A DNA stretch of 31,376 nucleotides from Acidimicrobiia bacterium (GCA_009927565.1 RFMT01000382.1:1-31376); one strand, 5' to 3'. Counted from the first letter of the stretch, positions 19,825 through 28,511 are shown. Program-made: numbers and translations. Notes: a model not told the origin generated them from the sequence alone.

Positions 19825-20679
19825 CTAATTTGTGATTCTGTGTTTGTGCGTATAGATGTTTGCAGTGCCATCGCGCACGAAACCGACAAGTGTGATACCG
19901 AGATCGTCAGAGGTTTCAACTGCCAAATTTGAGGGCGCACCAACGGCGGCGATAAATGCGATGCCTGCCATCGCCGCTTTCTGAATAATTTCAAATGACA
20001 GCCGACCACTGACGACCAATGCATGCTCTGAAATCGGAACTTTGCCGTCGAGCACTGCTTTGCCGATGACTTTGTCTACCGCATTGTGTCGACCAATATC
20101 TTCGCGCACACAATATGCCTCGCCAGATGCGTCGACTAAGCCGGCTGCATGCAAACCGCCTGTGCGATCAAAAGTTGGTTGCGCTTTGCGAATTATGTCT
20201 GGCAATGATGTCAGCACCGTTGAAGTCATCACTGGCCCGGACGCCGAATCGATACGACTTGTGATCTGTGCGAGTTGTTCGATCGAAGTCGTGCCGCAAA
20301 TACCACAACTTGCCGAAGTCACCATTCCGCGACGAGACAACGCCTCGTCGAACGGCATAGCAAGACCCACCGTGACGACATTGAATTGCTGCTCGGCCGA
20401 ATCTGGCAACTGGCAATATCGCACGTTGCGAACATCATCAGCGCGTTTGATCATTCCTTCGGTAAACAAAAACCCAACCGCCAATTCAAAATCATGACCA
20501 GGCGTGCGCATCGTTACCGCAACGGGTTGCGCCTCTTGCTGCGGAGACTCGGCACGAATCTCGAGAGGCTCTTCAGTGACCAATACGTCGGGCTTGCTGG
20601 CTTGCGAACCGTCTTTTCGCACGGTCGTGACAGTCCAGTTGGCGACCTTGCGTCGAACGCCAGCCGCGATGTTTGCCAC
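19825..20679 (-). CDS. fdhD: Formate dehydrogenase accessory sulfurtransferase
   Basis: EEPLEI, MRTPGHDFELAVGFL, SCGICG, TGGLHAA and EDIGRHNAVDK motifs. Confidence 0.95.
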   Translation of the reverse strand: MANIAAGVRRKVANWTVTTVRKDGSQASKPDVLVTEEPLEIRAESPQQEAQPVAVTMRTPGHDFELAVGFLFTEGMIKRADDVRNVRYCQLPDSAEQQFNVVTVGLAMPFDEALSRRGMVTSASCGICGTTSIEQLAQITSRIDSASGPVMTSTVLTSLPDIIRKAQPTFDRTGGLHAAGLVDASGEAYCVREDIGRHNAVDKVIGKAVLDGKVPISEHALVVSGRLSFEIIQKAAMAGIAFIAAVGAPSNLAVETSDDLGITLVGFVRDGTANIYTHKHRITN

Positions 20680-20830
20680 ACAAATATGCTAGCGGTGGCT
20701 GAAAATATGGGTTTTACGGCTTGCCACAAATCACACTGGCCCAATGTGTGTGCTTATATTACTAGTGGAAATTGTTTAAGGTCGCAACAATGTGGTCACA
20801 GTTTCTGAAATACCTACCGGAGGTCATTTA

Positions 20831-21580
20831 ATGGAAAAGCTTGTTACAGGCAATGACCAATTGGTTTACAACGCGTTTTCTTTCGCCGTAGCGGCGATGG
20901 CAATCTCGTTTGTCTACTATTTGGTCTCTCGAAGCCGCGTTTCTCCTGCGTATCGCAGTGCAGTAACGATGTCGGCAATGATTTGCGGTATCGCCGCTTA
21001 TCACTACTGGAGAATGTTCAGCAATTTTGCTGATGGTGCTCCATGGAACGAAGGTTACCGCTACGCAGACTGGTTGCTCACTGTGCCACTACTTGTTGCA
21101 GAACTCGTGGTCGTCTCGGGCGTCGCCAAAGAAAAAGCAAGCGGTTTGACAACAAAACTTGCTCTTGCTGCAGTTTTGATGATCGCAACCGGCTATCCAG
21201 GCGAAACAGCCGCCGCAGGCAGCGATGCCAGCATGATCTGGTTCGTCGTTTCGATGATTTTCTTTGTCTACATTCTCTGGAACTTGTTCGCAGGTGAAGT
21301 TGGCAAAGCCCTCAAAGGTCAGTCTGGCGAAATCGGCAAGAAGCTCAACAACCTTCGCTATGTGTTGTTGGTGACTTGGTCGGTTTATCCAATCGCTTAC
21401 CTCTTGGGTGACAGCGAGAGTTTCTTGGCCAAAGCACTTGATCTCACACCAGGTGACTCATCGACTCTTATCCAAGTCGGTTACACAGTTGCCGACGTTT
21501 TGGCTAAGCCAGGTTACGGTCTTTTGATCTTGGGCATTGCAATCGCTCGCTCAAAGGCCGAAGGTTACCGCGAAGCGTAA
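20831..21580 (+). CDS. Microbial (type 1) rhodopsin, DTE-motif outward proton pump, xanthorhodopsin/MACR-like
   Basis: Seven hydrophobic segments; helix C RYADWLLTVPLLVAE (D85/T89/E96 in BR numbering); helix B His (AYHY); helix G DVLAKPGYG (retinal Lys). RBS GGAGG before ATG 20831. Confidence 0.96.
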   Translation: MEKLVTGNDQLVYNAFSFAVAAMAISFVYYLVSRSRVSPAYRSAVTMSAMICGIAAYHYWRMFSNFADGAPWNEGYRYADWLLTVPLLVAELVVVSGVAKEKASGLTTKLALAAVLMIATGYPGETAAAGSDASMIWFVVSMIFFVYILWNLFAGEVGKALKGQSGEIGKKLNNLRYVLLVTWSVYPIAYLLGDSESFLAKALDLTPGDSSTLIQVGYTVADVLAKPGYGLLILGIAIARSKAEGYREA

Positions 21581-21598
21581 ATCGCATCAATAATTCAC

Positions 21599-21636
21599 AA
21601 AGAGCCCTGGCTTCGGCCAGGGCTCTTTTATTTTGA
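21599..21636 (+). terminator. Intrinsic terminator of the rhodopsin gene
   Basis: 13-bp perfect stem AAAGAGCCCTGGC/GCCAGGGCTCTTT closed by a C(UUCG)G tetraloop and followed by a T-rich tract. Confidence 0.92.
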
Positions 21637-21655
21637 GCACTAATCTCGTTGTGCG

Positions 21656-22678
21656 ATGTTGAAGATAAAACACCTGCCGGGTCTTGCAATTGCTGCACTG
21701 ATCGCTTCCGTCGCATTCGTTGTCGAATTCATTGTCAAAAACAACACTGCTGGCGTCGTCTCACCTTTAGTCATTTCTGTGGTGCTCGGCGCTCTGATTT
21801 CGAATCTTGGTTTGCTGCCTGAAATATGCCGAGTGGGCCTTGGCTTTGCGGCACGCAACTTGCTTCGACTGGGCATTGTGTTGCTTGGTCTACAACTTTC
21901 ATTTTCTCAAGTGCGCGAGATCGGCGCACCCGGATTGGCGCTAGTCATTGTCGTAGTTGCAGTCACGTTCACTGGCACTCAATGGCTTGGCAAGAGGATG
22001 GGTTTGTCGCCTGGTTTAAGCCTTCTCGTCGCCACAGGTTTTTCAATCTGTGGCGCTTCAGCGATTGCTGCAATGCGACCCGTCAGCGACGCCGACGATG
22101 ATGACATGGCATACGCAATCGCGCTCGTAACAATTTGTGGCACACTTGCGATTTTTCTGCTTCCTACAATTGGTGAAGCAATTGGCTTTAGTGGTGCACA
22201 GTTCGGTTCATGGGTTGGTGCAAGTGTTCACGATGTTGCCCAAACAGTTGCAACTGCCGCATCGGGCAACGATGAGGCCCAAAACGCTGCGATAGTCGTC
22301 AAGCTGACTCGAGTCATGCTGCTTGCGCCCCTAGTTGCCGCAGTAAGTTTCAGTCGTCGGCAACAACTGAACCGCGAATCTGTTGCTGGCTCAAAAACCG
22401 TGAAAACAAAACTTCCACCGATTGTCCCTCTATTTATAGTTGGCTTCATCGCTTCGATTTGCGTCAACTCATCTTTTAATCTGCCCAGTGAATTTCTCTC
22501 GAATGTCAAGTGGGTCGAAAAGTCACTGCTCGCTTGCGCGCTTGTTGGCTTAGGCGCGGGTGTCGATGCAAAAAAACTTCGCCGTGTTGGCACCCGCCCA
22601 CTAACGCTTGGCTTAATCTCGTGGGTACTCGTCGCTACGCTTTCAGCTATCGGCGTGGCGCTTCTAAATATTTCTTAG
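21656..22678 (+). CDS. YeiH / UPF0324 membrane protein (putative sulfate exporter family)
   Basis: LLRLGIVLLG, GFSICGASAIAA, GASVHDVAQ and KLTRV motifs; about 10 TM segments. Confidence 0.92.
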   Translation: MLKIKHLPGLAIAALIASVAFVVEFIVKNNTAGVVSPLVISVVLGALISNLGLLPEICRVGLGFAARNLLRLGIVLLGLQLSFSQVREIGAPGLALVIVVVAVTFTGTQWLGKRMGLSPGLSLLVATGFSICGASAIAAMRPVSDADDDDMAYAIALVTICGTLAIFLLPTIGEAIGFSGAQFGSWVGASVHDVAQTVATAASGNDEAQNAAIVVKLTRVMLLAPLVAAVSFSRRQQLNRESVAGSKTVKTKLPPIVPLFIVGFIASICVNSSFNLPSEFLSNVKWVEKSLLACALVGLGAGVDAKKLRRVGTRPLTLGLISWVLVATLSAIGVALLNIS

Positions 22679-23187
22679 CAATCAACAAATTCGAGCCGAC
22701 CTGATTTAACGTCGTAAATTGCGCCTGCAACTTTCAAAGTTTTCGGCAAAATCTCATAGTTGCGAATGCTGACGACATCAGATGCAAGCGCGGCACGTTG
22801 ATCTGTAACCATTTTGAATTGAACACCCCGGGTGTCAATACCGTGCTTGGTTTCAATGCTGCGATGAATTGATTCTTCGTCTCCGCTAGCCATTCGGCAG
22901 TCAGTGTGCGGCATTACTAAGACCCTCTCAACGCCAAGTAGATAGGTCGCCAAGACCAGAGTTCGAAGCATGTCGTCGGTGACTCGAGCGCCGGCATTTC
23001 GCAAAATCTTGGCATCACCTGATTTCATACCAACTACTGCCAGTGGGTTTATCCGCGAGTCCATGCAGGTCACGATCGCCAAACCCCGACGCGCTGTGCC
23101 CGTTAAGTGCTCGTCTTGAAAATTCGCGACGAACTGCGAATTTGAAGTAATAATGTCGGCAAAAGCTTCACTCGGAAACCTATTCAT
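22675..23187 (-). CDS. Beta-class carbonic anhydrase (small Cab/Rv1284-like type)
   Basis: Zn ligands TCMDSR and HTDC, plus RNAGARV; probable ATG at 23187. Confidence 0.9.
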   Translation of the reverse strand: MNRFPSEAFADIITSNSQFVANFQDEHLTGTARRGLAIVTCMDSRINPLAVVGMKSGDAKILRNAGARVTDDMLRTLVLATYLLGVERVLVMPHTDCRMASGDEESIHRSIETKHGIDTRGVQFKMVTDQRAALASDVVSIRNYEILPKTLKVAGAIYDVKSGRLEFVDC

Positions 23188-23237
23188 AATCCACGAGACT
23201 ACTCGTCCAAACAAACTGTGCGCACTAGATTTTGAAG

Positions 23238-24146
23238 GTGCTAAAAAACCAAAGAGTTATCGGTACGGCACTCGTGATGATGTCAAGTCTTGGTTTTTCA
23301 ATCGGACCAACCCTGGCGAAATATGCATATGACGCGGGCACGAACCCACTCGGCGTGATGACAATTCGTTTTACGATCGCAAGTTTGTTCATGTTGATCA
23401 TTCGACAGATTTTGATGCGCGGTGAACCAATGCCGTCTTTACGGGTGCTCCTAGAAATGTTTACAGTCGGCACACTTGGCATTACCACCGTCTCGTTCAC
23501 TTACTTTCTGGCGATTGAAGATATTGATACCGGTCTGGCAATCGTTATTTGGTATTGCAATCCGCTTGTAGTGGTTTTCATCTCATGGATAATTTACAAA
23601 AAGCGACCATCGCGCAATATCGTCATCTCGCTCTTTTTTTCGATTACTGGCATTGCAATCACTACGGGTCAGGTCAAGAGTGGCTCGAGCGGTGCGATCA
23701 TATTAATTTTTGTTTCTGCGTTTCTCTTTGCTTTTTATCTTCTCGGTCTGTCAAACACACTGAAAAAAACTGACCTGCTAACTGGCGTCACGTTTATCAA
23801 CATCGGCGCAATGCTCGGCTATTGGTTGATTTGTGCGATTCTGCCATTTGATTTGACGGTTGAATTTCCGTCGAACGCCAAAAGTTGGCTGTACATCGGG
23901 GCCTTTGGTTTGTTTGGCACCGTAGTGCCGTTCATGTTTTCGTTTGCCGGCATGAAGCGGGTTGGTCCCAGCATGCTTTCGGTGATTACAACTATTGAAC
24001 CAATACTGGCAATCATGATGGGCATAATTTTTCTCGGCGAGCCACTCACTACGCCACGCGTAATTGGTGCGATTTTCGTAATTGGCGCACTGATTGCGCT
24101 GACTTTGCTCGAAAGCCGCGATGAAGCAGCCCTCGAGCGAAGCTAG
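23238..24146 (+). CDS. EamA/DMT-family transporter
   Basis: Two EamA-like halves with about 10 TM segments; motif SVITTIEPILA. The GTG start lies 6 nt after TAGATT. Confidence 0.88.
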   Translation: MLKNQRVIGTALVMMSSLGFSIGPTLAKYAYDAGTNPLGVMTIRFTIASLFMLIIRQILMRGEPMPSLRVLLEMFTVGTLGITTVSFTYFLAIEDIDTGLAIVIWYCNPLVVVFISWIIYKKRPSRNIVISLFFSITGIAITTGQVKSGSSGAIILIFVSAFLFAFYLLGLSNTLKKTDLLTGVTFINIGAMLGYWLICAILPFDLTVEFPSNAKSWLYIGAFGLFGTVVPFMFSFAGMKRVGPSMLSVITTIEPILAIMMGIIFLGEPLTTPRVIGAIFVIGALIALTLLESRDEAALERS

Positions 24147-24152
24147 CTAATT

Positions 24153-27100
24153 TCAACTGTTCAGCGCTGCCTTTTGCTCAGGCGTTAGTGCCTTTACGAA
24201 CGCTGGTTTCAACGCTTTTTCTTGGGCGGGTGTCATTGCTGCCAACTTCTCGTTGCTAAAACCTGCCGCCGATTTGGCAGTGAGTGCGGCAACCGCGGCG
24301 GGTTTCATAGCAACTATGGATTCAGCCGGCAAGGCCTCGACTTGATTTGCTTTCAAACCGGCCATCGCCGTCGGTGGCAACGCACCAACTTGTTGCGGAG
24401 TCATCGACGCCATCGCCGCAGGCGGCAACGCACCAACCTGAGTCGGCTTCATCGCCCCGAACGCAGCAGCAGGCAACGCACCCACCTGCTCAGGGTTGAA
24501 CGAACCGAAAGCATTCGCCGGTATCGCCCCCAACTGTGTCGGTTTGATCGACGCCATGACCTCGGGTGCGAGAGCACCAACTTGAGCGGGTTTGAATCCC
24601 GTGAAAGCCGTGGGTGGCATCGCTTTGAATTGACCTGGGTTCATCGCCGAAAAAGTTTCGGGCGAAAGTTTTGCGGCGTCGGTCGGTTTGAAATTACTGA
24701 ACGCATTTGCCGGAACCTTGTCGACGTTCCATCCGGTCAACGCACCAGCCAATGCCGTCGCATTGCCGACGTTGGTCGGCGCAGCATTTGCCGCGGGGTT
24801 AAACGCCTGCTGTGGCAAAGCTTGACGTTGCTCGGGGCTCATTGACGCAATTACTTCAGGAGATAATGACTTGAACTGCAAGGGCGAAATCACCGCCAGT
24901 GCGGTCGGCGGCATTGAGTCCATTTGGTTTGGCGTGAACACTTTCATCGCCGAGGCCGGAATCACCTTGAATTGATTTTGCTGCATTCCCGCCATTGCGT
25001 CTGGAGGAAGCGCAGCAAATTGTGCGGGCTTGAAGCCGATCATGGCTTGTGGCGGTAGCGCGGCGAACTGATCTTGCTGAATGCCAGTCATCGCTGCGGG
25101 CGGCAGCACTTTGAATTGACTCAACTGCATACCCGCCATCGCCGCAGGTGGAAGTTCGGCCATCTGATCGGGCTTCAAACCAGTCATTGCACTCGGCGGA
25201 AGAACAGAAAGCTGTTGAGGTTTGAAACCGGCCATCGCCTCGGGTGGCAATGCCGCCATCTGATCTGGTTTAAAACCAACCATTGCCGTCGGTGGTAACT
25301 GCGCAAACTGATCGGGTCTAAAACCTGCCATCGCATTCGGGGGCAGCTGAGCAAACTGATCAGGTTTGAAGCCGGCCATCGCCGCAGGTGGCAACTGGGC
25401 AAACTGATCGGGTTTGAAACCTGTCATTGCACTCGGCGGAAGAACAGAAAACTGATCAGGTTTGAAACCTGCCATCGCTTCGGGTGGCAACGCCGCCATC
25501 TGGTCGGGCTTGAAACCAACCATTGCCGTCGGCGGCAACTGAGCCATCTGATCAGGTCTGAAACCCGCCATAGCCGTCGGCGGCAACTGAGCCATCTGAT
25601 CAGGTCTAAAGCCCGCCATCGCCTCTGGTGGCAACTGAGCCATTTGATTTTGGTTGAAACCTGCCATCGCCGCGGGGTTCAGATTATTGATCTGATTGCG
25701 ATCGAATCCCGCCATGGCTGTCGGTGGCAGAGCTGCAAATTGGTTCGGCTGAAAATTTTGCAAAGCACCCGCGCCAAGAGAGCGTGCGTCATCAGGTCGA
25801 AAACCCATAAAATTGTCAGGGCGCAAGTTGACCATGTCCGAACCGTTCAACGCGTTCGGGTTTTGAATCATTCCACCTGGGCCAAAATTGATTCCTGGGC
25901 CAACATTGCATGGCGGCAGTGGCGGTGGTCCGCAATTTGTCGGCGCGGGGCCGATAGGCGCGGGGCCGACCGGTCCACCTGGGCCAGCGGGTGCTCCTCC
26001 GCCACCACTCGGTGCCGAAACTGGTGGCGCTACTGCTGTGAACTGATATTGACCAGCGGTCACGGCACTTGCCGTCGCGTTGCCCGCACCATCGACAAAT
26101 GCCCCGGAGTCAATGAGCAAGAAATATGTGGTCGATGCCGTCAAGTTTGCCGCAGGGTTGAGCACAACACCCATTCCAGCCTTTGATGAAGTGACGCTTG
26201 CGGACGGAAACGTAAACGTCTCGACAGGAGTCGCGCAATCTGCGTCACCCGTGCAAAGTCGAATCGTCTTGGTCGCCACCGTCGAAACGGCTTCGCTGAA
26301 CGCCAGTTCAATGTTGCGATCCAACACGAAATTAGGCATGTTGTGTGGTGGATCTGATTGATTCACGTTCAATACCGGCGCGACCGTGTCAGGGCTCGCC
26401 TCAAATCGCCACGCGGTCGTGCTTGTTAGCGCGGCGTTCGGGTTGCCCGCTAAGTCGGTGAACGCACCTGCTTCGAACGTGACGTAGTAACTAGTCGCAG
26501 GGTCTATCACCAAATTTTGGGTTGATGTTTTGCCAGTTCGCGTGATCGTGATTAGGGCACCCGAATTGTTTGGAAATTGCGTTATTGCAGTTTCACTTTG
26601 AGCGCCAATTGTGATCGTCTCGTGCAGAATATTGCCCGTGGCTCTGTAGATAAACAGTTTCTTGCCGTTAACCACTGCCATGTTTTCAGGAAATATCAAA
26701 CTCAGCGCTTGAGTCGCCTGCACGCCGACCGCACCAGGAAACGGCATGAATCCTTGCGGCGCGGGCGCGGTGTTGTCGATCACGATGTTCTTGTTGGCAT
26801 TAAGCGAACCGCTGGCCATAGATGCGGGCACAGCGGTGCTCGCGGTCACGCCACTCATCGTGACGCCAGCAGGCAGATTGAAACCTGTGACGTTTAGTCT
26901 TTGACCCGACTGGGCCAGCGTCGAATCGATAGCGCCAATTGTGTAGGTAAATGTCAAGGTGTTCGTGCCCGAGCCACTGGCATAAGTTGCCACAGCGCTT
27001 GCGCCTGAATTAAGCGTCAGTTCGGGGTTACCACCGGCAACGGTTACCGATTGATTGAATCGCACCTGAATCGAAGTGGCGCCACCAGAGCGGTAACAAC

Positions 27101-28511
27101 CATCGGAGGTTGACGATGTAATGTTTGTGACAACTGCGGGCGATGTCGCAGTCGTAAAGTTCCAAGTTGTGGCGTTTGAAATGCCCGCAAAGGCGTTCGC
27201 GCGACCGTCACGAATCGCACCTGCACCAACCTTGACGTGCACGGCAGTGCTGCCTGGCAATGTGGCGCTTGGGTTGACCGTCATCGTGAACGGCGAAACG
27301 CTCGTGAACGCAACGCGAGTGCTGTCAAGAGTCGGTATCGCTTCGACTACTCGCAGGGCTGTCGAGCCACCTGCGGCCGCAGTCGAGCCGAGGTCTGAAA
27401 CATTGGCCACGTTTGCCGAACTAGCCGCGGTGCCCGCTGCCGCTTTTGTCAGATTGACAGCGAAGGTGTTTGCATCTGCCGCCGTTACTACAAACGCACC
27501 GTTGCTCTCTTTTTGCGACAGACCCGCAATCAACACGACGTCACCCACCACAAAACCATGACTAGTTGAGGTCAATGTCGCGACATTGCTAGCAATCGCA
27601 ATGTTCGTGATCGTCTTTGCAGTGTCGGCGTCGGCGGCGACTGTGACATAACGCAACGGGGCAATCACGCCTCCCGTCATAGTCGACGATTCGTTGGTGC
27701 AACCGATCGCATACGAAATATTTCGGCCAGTTACGGCCGTGACTCTGAAATAAGTTTTGCTACCAGTGCCAGCATCATAATTTGGGCCGACTTGATAAGG
27801 ATAAATCAGGTCACCGACAACAACATCGTGGTCACGTTGAGCGACGACTGTCGCCGTGTTGCCCCCAGCACACGAACGAGATGTCACTGATATGTAAGGT
27901 GTCGCCGCTTCAGTTGTTGTGAGCACCAAATTTGAGGTGCTGGCAACATCACTTGCCGAATCTGCAGGCGAGTATGTCGAAGCCGTCGGTGCAGTGACAT
28001 CAACCGACAAAAATACTGACGCACCACCGCATGCAAGATTGCTACACAGACCACCAGAGAGTGCAGTCGTAGTCGCAGAGATGGTGTCAAAACCAGTGAC
28101 TGTCAATGTTGCGCTGTTGGCCAGCGTCAACGAAGTCGGTCCAAAAGACACTTGTGAGGTATCGGTGCTCAAGACCGTGTAAGGAAACACCAGACAATTG
28201 TTGGTGCCACCCGCGTTGCTCTCACGCGCCCCTGCCCATGAGATGCCGGTTGCAGCACGAGTATTGAGAAATAGTTTTACGTCGGCATTTGCACCACCGA
28301 CCCGACCGACAGAACCTTGGAAACAGACATAAACACTGATCGTGTCGCCGGTGCTCAGCGTCGTGCCACTTGAGGCGATCGGCGTGGCGTTAATCACCGA
28401 AATTGTTGACGGTGCGGCACGCACGGGCGAAACTAGCCCGCCGAGCAAAGTCAAAGTCGACATCAACAACGCAACCAAACCTTTTTGCCAAGGTCGCATA
28501 GTCAGGATCAT
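24153..28511 (-). CDS. Large secreted/surface protein (1452 aa): signal peptide, about five Ig-like domains (three SbsA/Big_5-like), Pro/Gly linker, C-terminal octapeptide-repeat region
   Basis: N-terminal K/R, hydrophobic stretch and VRA-A cleavage site. Repeated D(V/N/T)xAP...AGAFxDxAGN motifs and SGSGTNTLTFTYT. Residues 888-1452 consist of 8-aa repeats. Confidence 0.85.
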   Translation of the reverse strand: MILTMRPWQKGLVALLMSTLTLLGGLVSPVRAAPSTISVINATPIASSGTTLSTGDTISVYVCFQGSVGRVGGANADVKLFLNTRAATGISWAGARESNAGGTNNCLVFPYTVLSTDTSQVSFGPTSLTLANSATLTVTGFDTISATTTALSGGLCSNLACGGASVFLSVDVTAPTASTYSPADSASDVASTSNLVLTTTEAATPYISVTSRSCAGGNTATVVAQRDHDVVVGDLIYPYQVGPNYDAGTGSKTYFRVTAVTGRNISYAIGCTNESSTMTGGVIAPLRYVTVAADADTAKTITNIAIASNVATLTSTSHGFVVGDVVLIAGLSQKESNGAFVVTAADANTFAVNLTKAAAGTAASSANVANVSDLGSTAAAGGSTALRVVEAIPTLDSTRVAFTSVSPFTMTVNPSATLPGSTAVHVKVGAGAIRDGRANAFAGISNATTWNFTTATSPAVVTNITSSTSDGCYRSGGATSIQVRFNQSVTVAGGNPELTLNSGASAVATYASGSGTNTLTFTYTIGAIDSTLAQSGQRLNVTGFNLPAGVTMSGVTASTAVPASMASGSLNANKNIVIDNTAPAPQGFMPFPGAVGVQATQALSLIFPENMAVVNGKKLFIYRATGNILHETITIGAQSETAITQFPNNSGALITITRTGKTSTQNLVIDPATSYYVTFEAGAFTDLAGNPNAALTSTTAWRFEASPDTVAPVLNVNQSDPPHNMPNFVLDRNIELAFSEAVSTVATKTIRLCTGDADCATPVETFTFPSASVTSSKAGMGVVLNPAANLTASTTYFLLIDSGAFVDGAGNATASAVTAGQYQFTAVAPPVSAPSGGGGAPAGPGGPVGPAPIGPAPTNCGPPPLPPCNVGPGINFGPGGMIQNPNALNGSDMVNLRPDNFMGFRPDDARSLGAGALQNFQPNQFAALPPTAMAGFDRNQINNLNPAAMAGFNQNQMAQLPPEAMAGFRPDQMAQLPPTAMAGFRPDQMAQLPPTAMVGFKPDQMAALPPEAMAGFKPDQFSVLPPSAMTGFKPDQFAQLPPAAMAGFKPDQFAQLPPNAMAGFRPDQFAQLPPTAMVGFKPDQMAALPPEAMAGFKPQQLSVLPPSAMTGLKPDQMAELPPAAMAGMQLSQFKVLPPAAMTGIQQDQFAALPPQAMIGFKPAQFAALPPDAMAGMQQNQFKVIPASAMKVFTPNQMDSMPPTALAVISPLQFKSLSPEVIASMSPEQRQALPQQAFNPAANAAPTNVGNATALAGALTGWNVDKVPANAFSNFKPTDAAKLSPETFSAMNPGQFKAMPPTAFTGFKPAQVGALAPEVMASIKPTQLGAIPANAFGSFNPEQVGALPAAAFGAMKPTQVGALPPAAMASMTPQQVGALPPTAMAGLKANQVEALPAESIVAMKPAAVAALTAKSAAGFSNEKLAAMTPAQEKALKPAFVKALTPEQKAALNS
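24156..25850 (-). repeat. Coding tandem repeat: about 68 x 24-nt (8-aa) units with a 48-nt (16-aa) period; core FKPDQMAQ-LPPTAMAG
   Basis: By hand count, 44 units, an 18-aa interruption, then 24 units. A 35-nt exact repeat occurs at 25525 and 25573 (offset 48) and a 28-nt exact repeat at 25183 and 25423 (offset 240). Confidence 0.95.

Noticed and set aside
25131-25660. Regularly spaced DNA repeats resembling a CRISPR array
   Set aside because: The period is 48 nt, in frame within an ORF, with synonymous variation, no unique spacers and no cas genes.
24156-25850. Ice-nucleation protein, suggested by 8/16-residue periodicity
   Set aside because: It lacks the AGYGSTxT/TxT motifs and is Pro/Met-rich, which does not fit an InaZ-type beta-solenoid. 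Only the period is shared.
25920-26000. Collagen-like Gly-Pro stretch
   Set aside because: Only about three uninterrupted Gly-X-Y triplets, too short for a triple helix.
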